A stretch of DNA of 64,000 bases, taken from contig DATKUO010000238.1 of NCBI GenBank assembly GCA_035530515.1, positions 23,989 to 87,988 on the forward strand, in the 5' to 3' direction. The position numbers and the translations under genes were made by a program. Position 1 is the first letter of the stretch. Each line of letters begins with the position of its first letter. The notes beneath the pieces are model-generated. The model had not been told where the DNA came from. It made no database searches and saw only the letters and a list, made by a program, of their open reading frames with translations. Source of the stretch: Bacteroidales bacterium. GTDB taxonomy: Bacteria; Bacteroidota; Bacteroidia; Bacteroidales; VadinHA17. This document shows positions 28,543 to 39,266 of the stretch, one piece after another.

Positions 28543-31167
28543 TCATTTAGTCTCAACTTTTTTTACCATGGCATTTTCCTCAGTAATAACATGAACAAAA
28601 CCTGAGATATGAAATAATTCAAGACCTGAGATACGCCTTTCAGAAACATCACATTGATAAAAATATACTCCGGGAGAGACAATCTTGCCTTTGTATGTTC
28701 CATCCCAGTTTATTTTCGGATCTTCAGTCCTGAATAACAGTAAGCCATTTCTGTTATAAATCTTGAAATCAATCTTCTCAACTAGTCCCGAGGTTTTTGC
28801 AGTCAGCCTGTCATTAATATCATCACCATTAGGAGTAAAAACATTTGGAATCTCATAAAAGTTACAGGAATCGATACAAGCCATTACAGACCTTTCTCCT
28901 TCATTCCCATTTGAGTCAAATGCTGAAACTGCATAACACCCTGATATAATATCACCCGGGTAATGCCTGTAAGAAAAGATATTTTTATCGTTTATTGTGG
29001 TAAGCAAGGCCAGGTTTTCCTCAGATATCATTTTGGAATATATTATATACCCGGCAACATCTTCAAAACAAGCAGAATCTGCTATTGTCCAGGAAATAGT
29101 ATTGTACAGACTATCACACTGGCTGGTGACATTAATAAGAGGAGGACATGGTGGTTCATTATCAACAGGAGTTATACAGGTTTTCTGCGACAGGTTTATC
29201 AGGTTTTTTGGCATATCATCGGCCAGATAACCCCCTGTCGATCTAACAAAATAACAATATTGTTTTCCATTTTCCAATCCGTAATCAACAAAAGTCAGCT
29301 GGTTTGTCGAGCCTACAGAGTCGTAAGCTAATGTTGCTTCGTTCAATCTAAGGAAATCGTACCTGGTATTAATCCATGGAACGTTACGACTAATAACAAA
29401 CCGTGCTTTTCTGTCGCCGGGGCTGATTGTAAGAAAAACAGATGATGCGTAAGCTGGCTCACCAATAAGAAATATGGAGTCTGGTTTATTATTCCATAAT
29501 TCAATCCTGTAGATATAGCCTGAAGATTGAGTATTTAACAATGTGTCAATCATAATAGTATCGTTAAGATCAACAGTCAGAATAGAGTCTATCTTCTGAA
29601 AGTTATCCCCAATAATTCCATCAGCTCTGAAAATAAGGTATTTATATGGCCCGAATGCAGGAATTGTATCTAATTTATCTGGTTTCTTCCACGAAAGAAA
29701 AACTGATCCATCAGCTTCATGAGTATTCCTGACGCTCACATTTTTGATTACCGGAACACCGGATACCAGAGTGGAAGTAATCTCATTTGAGGCTTTGCTC
29801 TCTGTACCATTAGGATATACAGCTACAATTCTATATGTATATTCCTTCCCGAACTGCAACCCTTGTCCATTATCCGTATCTGAAAAAGTTGTTGTAGCAC
29901 TCCCTCCAATATATCCAACTTTTACAAATCCAGTGGATGAAGGTAAGCCTGCAGTACATGAATCGGGGACAAATGTACTTGCTCCTTCCCTTCTGTAGAT
30001 ACTGAACCCGGCTATCACGTTTGTTCCGTAATCCGACCAGGTTAACCTGATAAGTTTACCTTCAGGCACTGCATTTATAATTGCAGGAGATGGACCAAGC
30101 ACTTTAATTTTCATGTTATCAATATCCGATAAGTTCACATCGGTATTGTAGTCATCAGATTTAAATATCACATCATAAGGTTGACTCCTCACCACTTCAT
30201 GACAAGGTATCCACACGAATTGGGCCGAAGCATATCCAAGAAGAGAATCGACTTTAATAAACTGTGCCGGACATGGAGTCAGAGTAAAGACCCCTGAAGT
30301 AGCTTTCAGAGATAAACTGTCGCCATTAATATCGGTTGCAGAAAACAGGAAATCAATAGTGTCTCCTGCTTCTACACAATAATCTGACAGGGGGCTGTTA
30401 ACAGGAGGCTTATTGTTTGTCGAGTAAACATCAATCTGCATATCACGAACCACAACTCCTATTTTCTCGTTATTACGCCATTCCTGTATCTCCATTGCAA
30501 CATTAAAAGTACCGGTGTCTGCAGGAGTGTCCCATATCAGGTCGCCCGTAATTGAATCAACCCAGATTGAGTCTGTAGCGGGAGGCAATGTGTAGTTTTC
30601 GATAGGTATTCCATCATCTCTTGTACATATTGTGAGCTCATAAGAAAGACTATCACCGTCTGGATCATAGGCTGCAGGATTATGAATAAACACATAACCA
30701 TAAGCCGCTTTGTCGTATGGTGGATTAAGTAGTACCGGTGTGCTGTTTCTTCCCATTGATGGATTTACAAGAAGAATTGTGGACATTGAAAAAACTACAT
30801 TCACTGAATTTGGAATGTTTTTAACGCCGGCATTTCTATTGGGATCCTGTACTACAATTTTATAGACTCCCGGTCCAGGATAGGTATGAATAATCTTATA
30901 AACATTTCTTCTGTAAAAATTTGGAAGTGTAAGCTTACTTATTCTGGGTGCTGTTGAAGTTGTGTTATCTCCCCATTCAACATTTAGGGTAGGTCTGTCG
31001 GCAAAACTTAGAGTATAGGTAAATGTAGTTATCGTGATCTCATATGTAAGATCCGACAACTGGATATATGTAATTTCTCCAGCCCGGTTGTGAGTAGCAT
31101 TCAGATTTATAAAATAAAATGATACTAAAACCAGCAAAAAAAACTTTTTAACTATATGATTCTTCAC
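28543..31167 (-). CDS. large surface protein with T9SS type-B (gliding-motility-associated) C-terminal sorting domain
   Basis: There is a signal peptide. The C-terminus has FYEIPNVFTPNGDDINDRL...NRNGLLLF...WDGTYKGK..PGVYFY, typical of the CHU_C/type-B CTD. Confidence 0.75.
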   Translation of the reverse strand: MKNHIVKKFFLLVLVSFYFINLNATHNRAGEITYIQLSDLTYEITITTFTYTLSFADRPTLNVEWGDNTTSTAPRISKLTLPNFYRRNVYKIIHTYPGPGVYKIVVQDPNRNAGVKNIPNSVNVVFSMSTILLVNPSMGRNSTPVLLNPPYDKAAYGYVFIHNPAAYDPDGDSLSYELTICTRDDGIPIENYTLPPATDSIWVDSITGDLIWDTPADTGTFNVAMEIQEWRNNEKIGVVVRDMQIDVYSTNNKPPVNSPLSDYCVEAGDTIDFLFSATDINGDSLSLKATSGVFTLTPCPAQFIKVDSLLGYASAQFVWIPCHEVVRSQPYDVIFKSDDYNTDVNLSDIDNMKIKVLGPSPAIINAVPEGKLIRLTWSDYGTNVIAGFSIYRREGASTFVPDSCTAGLPSSTGFVKVGYIGGSATTTFSDTDNGQGLQFGKEYTYRIVAVYPNGTESKASNEITSTLVSGVPVIKNVSVRNTHEADGSVFLSWKKPDKLDTIPAFGPYKYLIFRADGIIGDNFQKIDSILTVDLNDTIMIDTLLNTQSSGYIYRIELWNNKPDSIFLIGEPAYASSVFLTISPGDRKARFVISRNVPWINTRYDFLRLNEATLAYDSVGSTNQLTFVDYGLENGKQYCYFVRSTGGYLADDMPKNLINLSQKTCITPVDNEPPCPPLINVTSQCDSLYNTISWTIADSACFEDVAGYIIYSKMISEENLALLTTINDKNIFSYRHYPGDIISGCYAVSAFDSNGNEGERSVMACIDSCNFYEIPNVFTPNGDDINDRLTAKTSGLVEKIDFKIYNRNGLLLFRTEDPKINWDGTYKGKIVSPGVYFYQCDVSERRISGLELFHISGFVHVITEENAMVKKVETK

Positions 31168-31175
31168 AACTGAAA

Positions 31176-31655
31176 TTATTTTATTTTAAAAGTCTGTTCT
31201 GTTATGTCTGAAGTCAGCTTTACTCCTTCTTCAAAATCATTTATCCTTATAATTATCATATTCGCCTGATCGCTATATAGACCTGTCATTATCAGGCTTT
31301 TAATAGTTATTGTTCTTGGCTTAGGGCCTGCTTTATATTCCAGATCCACACTAACCTCATTATCAACCAGTTTTATATTATTCAATTTCCCAAAAAGTTC
31401 TTTTTCATTCACTTTAATACTTAACCTTTCTCCAATATACTTCTCAATAATATCTTTTGCATAAGAAGTGTCTGCTATAAAATCCTTACTATCAACTTCT
31501 TTCCCACATAATTTATAATCAAGAAGAAAATCATCAAAATACATCCTTACAAATACTTTATAAGAATCCATCTCCGGAATGTAATCAATGCTTGTCATGG
31601 TTATATGTACCGGATGAAACAATAGCCATGAGAAAAAGATGAGGGTTTTAAACAT
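31176..31655 (-). CDS. hypothetical exported protein (DUF6702-like)
   Basis: The N-terminus LLFHPVHITMTSIDY resembles this family. It lies 8 nt downstream of... actually upstream in transcription of the T9SS substrate gene, on the same strand. Confidence 0.45.
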   Translation of the reverse strand: MFKTLIFFSWLLFHPVHITMTSIDYIPEMDSYKVFVRMYFDDFLLDYKLCGKEVDSKDFIADTSYAKDIIEKYIGERLSIKVNEKELFGKLNNIKLVDNEVSVDLEYKAGPKPRTITIKSLIMTGLYSDQANMIIIRINDFEEGVKLTSDITEQTFKIK

Positions 31656-31708
31656 TATTCTTCAGTTTCAGGTCTTAATAATACATCAAAAATCAGACCA
31701 ATTATTAT

Positions 31709-33139
31709 TCAATCTTTAATGCTCACGCGGTCTTTAAGATACTGTACTGAACCAACCTCAATAAATGAAAATCCCGCTCTTCCTGAAAAATTCCCAGCCA
31801 GCACAACAACAATTTCCTCACTTTGCAGATTATGAGCTTTAACCAGGTTTTTTAAAGCAATATGAATGAAATCATCAACAGTTGATTTTTTAACCTGATA
31901 ACTTGCATATACCCCATAAGAGAGAGCCAGTTCCCTCATAGTATTTAAGGAGTAACATTGCGCAAGTATCAGGTTAATGCCACGGTACGATGCCATGTCC
32001 TTAATGGTTCTTCCTCCGGTAGTATCTGCAATTATACCTTTGGCCCCTATTCTAAAAGCTGTTTTAACAGCAACTTTTGCAAGGTATGCTGAAATTTCTC
32101 CGGTAACGTTAAGATATGGAATATCCAGAAATTTTTCCTTGTTTTTTTCAACTTCCAGCGCCACTTTTGTCATGGTTTTTACAGCCTCAACAGGATACTT
32201 GCCTGTGGCTGTTTCCCCGCTAAGCATTATTGCATCTGTCTGAGAATAGATAGCACTGGCAATATCACTGACCTCTGCCCTTGAAGGTCTTGGATTAGTG
32301 ATCATCGTATGGAGCATCTGTGTTGCAATAATTACAGGTTTCCTGCTGATAATACACTTTGTGATAATCATCTTCTGGATACCCGGAATTTTTTCATACG
32401 GAATCTCAATTGCGAGATCCCCCCTGGCAACCATTATCCCATACACATCTTCAAGAATATCATCTAAATTATCGACACCTTCCTGATTTTCAATCTTAGC
32501 AATTATTTTTATTTTGCTCTTATAAGTATTAAGAACAGCCTGGACATCAAGCACATCCTGCCTTGATCTAACAAATGAATGAGCTATAAAATCAACATCA
32601 TTCTTTGCAGCCATCTCAATAAAAGTTCGGTCTTTGTCAGTCAATGATGGGAGGTATATCTTTGCACCCGGAATGTTAACACTCTTGCGTGAGCCAATAG
32701 TACCATCATTATCTAATTGACATTCAAGTGCATTTCCAATCTTTCTTAAGACTTTTAGTTCCACATCACCATCATCTATAAGAATAAGTGATCCAAGAGG
32801 AATGTTCTGAGCAAATGAAGAGTAACTAACACATATTGATTCCCTGGTGCTCTTATTGCCCGGATCGCCTACAATATTTATTTTATCACCTTTTTTAAGC
32901 TGAATTGGGGTATCACATTCTGTTGTACGGATTTCAGGTCCCTTAGTATCAACAAGTATTGCAATCTTATCCGAAACTTCCCGCGTATTCCTGATTATAC
33001 GAAGAGCATTCTCAATATCCAGATGCGCCGAATTAATCCTGATAACATCCATACCAGCATCGTATAGTTCCTTTATGAATTCTGGTCCACAGTTCTTATC
33101 TGAGATAGTGGCAACAATCTTTGTTCTTTTTCTGTTCAT
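31709..33139 (-). CDS. pyk: pyruvate kinase
   Basis: Motifs KIVATISDK, DVIRINSAH, VDTKGPEIRT, MVARGDLAIEIP and ATQMLHTM are present. Confidence 0.9.
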   Translation of the reverse strand: MNRKRTKIVATISDKNCGPEFIKELYDAGMDVIRINSAHLDIENALRIIRNTREVSDKIAILVDTKGPEIRTTECDTPIQLKKGDKINIVGDPGNKSTRESICVSYSSFAQNIPLGSLILIDDGDVELKVLRKIGNALECQLDNDGTIGSRKSVNIPGAKIYLPSLTDKDRTFIEMAAKNDVDFIAHSFVRSRQDVLDVQAVLNTYKSKIKIIAKIENQEGVDNLDDILEDVYGIMVARGDLAIEIPYEKIPGIQKMIITKCIISRKPVIIATQMLHTMITNPRPSRAEVSDIASAIYSQTDAIMLSGETATGKYPVEAVKTMTKVALEVEKNKEKFLDIPYLNVTGEISAYLAKVAVKTAFRIGAKGIIADTTGGRTIKDMASYRGINLILAQCYSLNTMRELALSYGVYASYQVKKSTVDDFIHIALKNLVKAHNLQSEEIVVVLAGNFSGRAGFSFIEVGSVQYLKDRVSIKD

Positions 33140-33153
33140 AAATGAATCTTCTT

Positions 33154-33579
33154 TTATATATTAATATCAATAAGCGCCTCAACAGCAAGCCTATAACTAT
33201 CCAACCCAAAACCAGATATGCTCCCGGCACAGTTCCTGCTAATAAGGCTGGTATGTCGGAAATCCTCCCGTGCAGAGAGATTAGTAATATGAACCTCAAT
33301 CACAGGACTCTTTACTGCAGCAATGGCATCAGTAATTGATACTGAAGTATGTGTGTAACCACCAGCATTTAGAATTATTCCATCTGCAATAAAACCTGAC
33401 TTCTGAATTTCATTAATAATCTCACCTTCAATGTTCGACTGGAAATATTCAAAAATGATTTCAGGATAACGGGATCTGAGCACTGTAAGATAATCTTCAA
33501 AGGAAGAATGTCCGTACTTATCTGGTTCTCTCCTGCCAAGAAGATTCAGATTTGGTCCATTAATAATATCTATTTTCAT
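33154..33579 (-). CDS. aroQ: type II 3-dehydroquinate dehydratase
   Basis: Motifs INGPNLNLLGRREPDKYG, NAGGYTHTSV and EVHITN are present. Confidence 0.9.
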   Translation of the reverse strand: MKIDIINGPNLNLLGRREPDKYGHSSFEDYLTVLRSRYPEIIFEYFQSNIEGEIINEIQKSGFIADGIILNAGGYTHTSVSITDAIAAVKSPVIEVHITNLSAREDFRHTSLISRNCAGSISGFGLDSYRLAVEALIDINI

Positions 33580-33721
33580 TTGATCTTTAGTTTATTAGGG
33601 TAACCCTGGAATACTATTTAATAGAACGGTAAAAATAGATAAAAAATATTTAAGGATAAGAACTTATGAAGGTTGTCTTACTTTGTGTTATTTTGTAATA
33701 GAATAAAACTGAAATTTTATT

Positions 33722-34621
33722 ATGAGTCTTACCTGGAGGCAGTCATTTAGAAACTTTGAGACATTTCTCCGGCTGGAAAAGTCGCTGTCGGAAAACAGTA
33801 TAAAAGCCTATCTGAATGATATTGGTAAACTTGAAAGTTATTTTACAGAGACCGGAGTTACTGTTACTCCTGTCCAGGTAACATATTCCGACCTTAAAGC
33901 ATTCCTGGTCTGGTACGCCACCGACAATAACAACACAAGGACACAATCAAGAGTTCTTTCAGGAGTCAGAGCATATTACAAGTTCCTTCTTATCGAAGGA
34001 GAGGTGCAGGAGAACCCGGCTTCCCTGATAGAATCTCCCAAAATAGGATTGAAGCTCCCAGAGGTTCTTTCCATTAATGAAATTGACAGGATGATCGCTG
34101 AGATAGATCTCAGTAAACCTGAAGGTCACAGGAATAAAGCAATTATTGAGACTCTCTACGGATGTGGATTACGTGTTTCAGAACTGGTTAATCTCCGCAT
34201 TACTGATATCCATTATGGGGAAGGCTTTGTTACTGTTACAGGTAAAGGCAATAAGCAGAGGCTAGTCCCTGTCAGCAGTAAAGCACTGAAGGAGATAGAC
34301 ATATATAAAAAAGACAGGGAGAGGCTTCCTTTAATATATGATAGGAACATCATTTTTCTTAACCGCAGGGGTGCCAGACTCACCAGGGCAATGATCTTCA
34401 CAATAATTAAGGATCTTGCAGCTAAAGCCGGGATAAGGAAAAACATCAGCCCTCATACTTTCAGACACTCTTTCGCGACACATATGATTGAAGCAGGAGC
34501 CGATCTCAGAGCAGTCCAGGAAATGCTGGGACATGAATCAATTCTTACTACAGAGATCTATACTCATATTGACAGAAGTTTTCTGCGTGACACTCTCATC
34601 ATGTTTCATCCAAGGTCATGA
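33722..34621 (+). CDS. xerD: site-specific tyrosine recombinase XerD
   Basis: The catalytic set is present (GLRVSEL, HTFRHSFATHMIE, GHESILTTEIYTHI). Size is 299 aa and the context is housekeeping. Confidence 0.85.
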   Translation: MSLTWRQSFRNFETFLRLEKSLSENSIKAYLNDIGKLESYFTETGVTVTPVQVTYSDLKAFLVWYATDNNNTRTQSRVLSGVRAYYKFLLIEGEVQENPASLIESPKIGLKLPEVLSINEIDRMIAEIDLSKPEGHRNKAIIETLYGCGLRVSELVNLRITDIHYGEGFVTVTGKGNKQRLVPVSSKALKEIDIYKKDRERLPLIYDRNIIFLNRRGARLTRAMIFTIIKDLAAKAGIRKNISPHTFRHSFATHMIEAGADLRAVQEMLGHESILTTEIYTHIDRSFLRDTLIMFHPRS

Positions 34622-34687
34622 TTGCTATTTTTTTTGAACAAATTTCTTTAAGACTGGTTATATTTGCACACTTTTATTTAATTTAAT

Positions 34688-35971
34688 ATGGATTATATTA
34701 AAGATTTCGGGACAGAACTTTTGTTCATTCTCACTGAGATGGCTCCTTACCTGATGCTTGGATTCATCTTTGCAGGATTACTACATTTATTATTTCCCAA
34801 GAGCAGGGTAAGAAAATATATGGGTCAGAATAATTTCAAATCAATATTTAATGCAGCATTATTTGGTGTTCCCTTACCACTCTGCTCATGTGGAGTTATT
34901 CCTACCGGTATCTCCTTTTTTAAACATGGTGCTTCAAAGGCTTCAACAGTCTCCTTTCTGATATCTACACCACAAACCGGAATTGATTCAATATTTGTTA
35001 CCTATTCGATGCTTGGACTTCCTCTGGCAATTATTCGTCCTATAGTTGCTTTCATCACAGGCCTCTTTGGCGGTATGATTACAAAGAAAATTGATCCCGA
35101 AAACACCGAAGCACTCCTTGAAAATAATGAAAATGATGAAGAGTTGCCAAAAGGATTTTTGCCAAAGGTCAGAGAGATGTTCAGATATTCATTTATCGAT
35201 TTTCTGCAAGATATTTCAAACTGGCTTGTAATAGGGCTGCTGATAGCTGCTCTTATATCAATACTGGTCCCAAATGATTTTTTTGCAGATAAGATTCCCA
35301 ATGATTTCCTTGGAATGCTGGCAATTCTTGTGATCTCTATTCCTGTATATATCTGTGCTACAGCATCAGTACCCGTAGCAGCAGTGTTGATGCTTAAAGG
35401 TCTGTCTCCTGGCGCTGCCCTGGTATTATTAATGGCAGGTCCTGCCACCAATGCTGCAACTATTACAATGATAGCCAAAGTACTGGGGAAAAAATCATTA
35501 ATTGGGTATCTCGGAGCAATTATCACCGGTGCCCTGCTTGCAGGTTTGATGATTGACTACTTTCTGCCAGCTGAGTGGTTCGTTGTCTCCGAACATTTTG
35601 GCCATTTGGGACACGACCATGGAATGACTCCTGAATGGCTTAAATCCGGATCAGCGATTATGCTTACACTTCTAATAATAAACGGCTATATCCAAAAATT
35701 CTTAACCAAAAGGAAAATGAGTACTGCGAATATTACACCAACAGGATTCTCCAACGAAAAGATAAAAACGATAAAGGTTGGAGGAATGACATGCAATCAT
35801 TGTAAAGCTAATGTTGAGAACAGCATCAAAGAGGCTCAGGGAGTTGAAGATGTGAGTGTCGACCTTACAACAGGGAAGGTTAACATAACAGGAGATGCTT
35901 TTGATCTGGATAAGATCAAATCAGGTATTGAAAGTATTGGATACAAGATAATTAGCGATAATGCCTCTTAA
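34688..35971 (+). CDS. SO_0444-type permease fused to a C-terminal heavy-metal-associated (HMA) domain
   Basis: Polytopic membrane protein with LPLCSCGVIPTG. The C-terminal ~70 aa contain GMTCNHCKANVE (CxxC HMA fold). Confidence 0.75.
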   Translation: MDYIKDFGTELLFILTEMAPYLMLGFIFAGLLHLLFPKSRVRKYMGQNNFKSIFNAALFGVPLPLCSCGVIPTGISFFKHGASKASTVSFLISTPQTGIDSIFVTYSMLGLPLAIIRPIVAFITGLFGGMITKKIDPENTEALLENNENDEELPKGFLPKVREMFRYSFIDFLQDISNWLVIGLLIAALISILVPNDFFADKIPNDFLGMLAILVISIPVYICATASVPVAAVLMLKGLSPGAALVLLMAGPATNAATITMIAKVLGKKSLIGYLGAIITGALLAGLMIDYFLPAEWFVVSEHFGHLGHDHGMTPEWLKSGSAIMLTLLIINGYIQKFLTKRKMSTANITPTGFSNEKIKTIKVGGMTCNHCKANVENSIKEAQGVEDVSVDLTTGKVNITGDAFDLDKIKSGIESIGYKIISDNAS

Positions 35972-36053
35972 TCATTCATTCCAGAATATCCAAATCTCTT
36001 AACCAGATTATCCGGATAACGTATTATTAAGGATTGGTTCGTCTCATCGCTCC

Positions 36054-36080
36054 TCGCAATTGCGATCCCGTAAAGCGGGA
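36054..36080. repeat. GC-rich palindromic element: perfect 12-bp palindrome tcgcaattgcga followed by hairpin tcccg-taaag-cggga
   Basis: Read directly from the sequence. It is embedded in a ~60-bp segment (36031-36090) flanked by ggattg...caatcc. Confidence 0.7.
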
Positions 36081-36281
36081 GAAGCAATCCCAAACATTCA
36101 TACACAGCACTATCTTAACAGTATTCCAGCTACATCATGAAATAAGAGGCGAGTTTTTAAGATGAGAAAGTGTTAAATTTTCTTTCAATCTTGCTCGCTT
36201 TAGAAATTCAATTTAAAAGATTAACTTTGCGACTTATTTTGCAAAATCTATAATTTTAACTTATCTCAAATCAATAGAATT

Positions 36282-39008
36282 ATGTCACACATTAAAAGAG
36301 TCTACTCCTTTGGAGGGAAAACTGCTGAGGGCAAAACTGATATGAAAAACCTTCTTGGTGGTAAAGGCGCTAATCTTGCAGAGATGTGTCTTTTAGGTCT
36401 GCCTGTACCAGCTGGTTTTACAATCACAACTGAAGCTTGCAATGAGTACTATAAGAACAATAATACTTTGCCTTCCGAACTGATGACTGAAGTATGGGAA
36501 GCCATGAAGAAGACCGAAGAGACAATGAAAATGAAATATGGGGATTCTGAAAATGCATTACTTGTTTCATGTCGTTCCGGAGCCCGAAGTTCAATGCCAG
36601 GGATGATGGATACTGTGCTTAATATCGGACTTTGCTCAGATACAATTCCCGGGTTCCTGAAAAAGACTAACAATCCTCGTTTTGTATGGGATTCATATCG
36701 CCGTCTTATCATGATGTATGCTGATGTTGTTATGGAGAAAGCTGAAGGTATTAATCTTGGCGAAGGAAATGGTATACGTAGGCAACTTGATGAAAAACTG
36801 AATGAGTTTAAGAAGCAAAAAGGCTACAAAACAGATACCGAAATCACAGCGGATGAACTGAAAGTCCTTTCGGAAAAGTTTAAAATAATTGTAAAAGATG
36901 CTCTTGGGAAACCTTTTCCTGATAATGCAAAAGAACAGCTTGAAGGAAGTATTAAGGCAGTATTTAAAAGCTGGAATGGTAAAAAAGCTGTTTCGTACCG
37001 TCGTATTGAAGGTATTCCTGATGACTGGGGTACAGCCGTAAACGTACAGGCGATGGTATTTGGCAATATGGGTGATTCATCTGCTACAGGTGTTGCATTT
37101 ACTCGTAACCCTGCAACAGGAGAAAACCTTTTCTATGGAGAGTGGCTTGTAAACGCTCAGGGAGAGGATGTTGTAGCCGGAATTCGCACTCCTAACCCGC
37201 TTAATGATGATACAAAAAACGAACAGAACCATCATCTTCACAGTATGCAGGAGGCTATGTCAGGAACATACAAAGAACTTAGTAATATACGTGATATTCT
37301 GGAGAAATCGTTCCACGATATGCTGGATATTGAATTTACAATACAGGAAGACACTCTTTATATGTTACAGTGCCGTACAGGAAAAAGAACCGGTACTGCT
37401 GCACTGAACATGGCAATGGACATGCTTCATGAAAAACTTATTGATGAGAAGACAGCTGTTATGCGTGTCGATCCTACTCAACTGGATGAACTGCTGCATC
37501 CAATTTGCGATCCGGCTGTTGAAAATAAAGTTAAGCCAGTTGTAAAAGGATTACCGGCAGGACCAGGAGCAACAGTTGGAAAAGTTGTCTTCACTGCCGA
37601 AGATGCTGTTGCATGGTTCAGAAGAGGTGAGGAAGTTATTCTTCTTCGCGAAGAGACTAACCCTGAAGATGTTGAAGGGATGCGTGCTGCTGAAGGTATT
37701 CTTACTGCACGCGGCGGAATGACTTCACATGCTGCACTTGTTGCACGCGGATGGGGTAAATGCTGTATTGTAGGTGCAGGTGCACTTCATGTTGATGCCA
37801 GAACCAAAACAGCTAAAATTGCCGGTTCAGATATAGTTATTAAAGAAGGTGATGTACTGACACTTAACGGCACAAAAGGAAATGTTTATACCGGAGCAAT
37901 TACTTTGATGGATGCATCAGAAAACCCACGCTTTAAAGAATTTATGTCTATAGTTGACAAATTCCGTAAAATGGGTGTTCGTACTAACGCTGAAACACCA
38001 GAAGATGCAATTGTAGCTCGCAATTATGGAGCTGAAGGTATCGGACTTTTCCGTACTGAGCATATGTTTTATGGCAAAGATTCAGAAACTCCATTGTTCC
38101 TCCTTCGAAAGATGATCTTAAGCGCAAATGAGATCGAGCGTAGAAAAGCTCTCGATGAATTATTCGCACATGTTAAAAAAGATATGAAAGCCACAATGGC
38201 TGCTATGGATGGACTACCTGTAACATTCAGGCTTCTTGATCCTCCTCTCCATGAGTTTGTACCTCAGAGTCCAGAAAAACAGGAAGAGCTGGCTAAAGCG
38301 CTTGGTATTAATAAAGAGGATGTTGCTAAACGTGGCGAATCATTGCATGAATCAAACCCCATGATGGGACATCGTGGTGTCCGACTGGGAATTACATTCC
38401 CTGAGATATCCGAAATGCAGATACGTGCAATATTTGAATCTTCACTGGAACTTATTAATGAAGGGAAAAAACCTCATCCTGAAATAATGGTTCCTGTTAC
38501 TTCAGAAGTAAAAGAACTTGATTATACTAAAAAAGTTGTTGACAAAGTTTATGCTGAGGTTTGCAAAAAATTTGGTGTGAATAAGATCGAATATAAATAT
38601 GGTACAATGATTGAGATACCACGAGCTTGTCTTCTCTCTGACCGTATGGCAAAAACTGCAGAATTCTTCTCATTTGGTACAAATGACCTTACGCAGATGA
38701 CTTTTGGTTTTAGCCGTGATGATACTGGTGGATTTCTTCACGATTATCTCGACAAAAAGATTCTTAATTCTGACCCTTTCCAGACAATTGATCAGGATGG
38801 CGTTGGTCAGCTGATTAAAATGTCAGTTGAAAAAGGTCGTGCAACAAGACCGGATCTTAAAGTTGGTATCTGCGGTGAACAGGGTGGTGACCCTGCTTCC
38901 GTTGAGTTCTGCTTCAAGACCGGCTTAACGTATGTAAGCTGTTCTCCTTTCAGGGTTCCGATCGCTAGACTGGCAGCCGCTCAGGCTTCAATAAAATTCG
39001 GTAAATAA
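36282..39008 (+). CDS. ppdK: pyruvate, phosphate dikinase
   Basis: Motifs GGKGANLAEM, the phosphohistidine loop GGMTSHAALVARGWGK, and the C-terminal PEP-utilising TIM-barrel motifs (GTNDLTQ, GICGEQGGDP). Length is 908 aa. Confidence 0.95.
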   Translation: MSHIKRVYSFGGKTAEGKTDMKNLLGGKGANLAEMCLLGLPVPAGFTITTEACNEYYKNNNTLPSELMTEVWEAMKKTEETMKMKYGDSENALLVSCRSGARSSMPGMMDTVLNIGLCSDTIPGFLKKTNNPRFVWDSYRRLIMMYADVVMEKAEGINLGEGNGIRRQLDEKLNEFKKQKGYKTDTEITADELKVLSEKFKIIVKDALGKPFPDNAKEQLEGSIKAVFKSWNGKKAVSYRRIEGIPDDWGTAVNVQAMVFGNMGDSSATGVAFTRNPATGENLFYGEWLVNAQGEDVVAGIRTPNPLNDDTKNEQNHHLHSMQEAMSGTYKELSNIRDILEKSFHDMLDIEFTIQEDTLYMLQCRTGKRTGTAALNMAMDMLHEKLIDEKTAVMRVDPTQLDELLHPICDPAVENKVKPVVKGLPAGPGATVGKVVFTAEDAVAWFRRGEEVILLREETNPEDVEGMRAAEGILTARGGMTSHAALVARGWGKCCIVGAGALHVDARTKTAKIAGSDIVIKEGDVLTLNGTKGNVYTGAITLMDASENPRFKEFMSIVDKFRKMGVRTNAETPEDAIVARNYGAEGIGLFRTEHMFYGKDSETPLFLLRKMILSANEIERRKALDELFAHVKKDMKATMAAMDGLPVTFRLLDPPLHEFVPQSPEKQEELAKALGINKEDVAKRGESLHESNPMMGHRGVRLGITFPEISEMQIRAIFESSLELINEGKKPHPEIMVPVTSEVKELDYTKKVVDKVYAEVCKKFGVNKIEYKYGTMIEIPRACLLSDRMAKTAEFFSFGTNDLTQMTFGFSRDDTGGFLHDYLDKKILNSDPFQTIDQDGVGQLIKMSVEKGRATRPDLKVGICGEQGGDPASVEFCFKTGLTYVSCSPFRVPIARLAAAQASIKFGK

Positions 39009-39031
39009 ACTGAAGTTTTACCATAAGTAAA

Positions 39032-39064
39032 AAGGGTATCCAACTGGATGCCCTTTCCCTTTTC
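39032..39064 (+). terminator. putative rho-independent terminator after ppdK
   Basis: aagggtatcca-ac-tggatgccctt stem (one G.U pair) followed by tccctttt. Confidence 0.55.
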
Positions 39065-39266
39065 ATGGCTGCCCTATATACTTTAAATCAATAACCTTAT
39101 AATTCCAGCACTATTATGACCTTTGAAAATACTTTTACCCTATCAATTGAGAAAATAATGTTTAAAATATGATTTTTATCATTTATTTTTCTTCGATTTT
39201 ATAAAATGTATCTCTATTTTTGGTTAATTTGTGAAATGATATTTTTACAGTAATCTATTAAAAAAA

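Noticed and set aside
33722-34621. Tyrosine recombinase as a possible integrase marking a mobile element
   Set aside because: It has the size and motifs of housekeeping XerD and sits among core genes (aroQ, pyk, metal permease) with no flanking repeats or cargo.
35002-35526. 174-aa minus-strand ORF inside the permease gene
   Set aside because: It is antisense to a well-supported polytopic permease. Its composition is the mirror of membrane-protein codons, and it has no start context or motifs.
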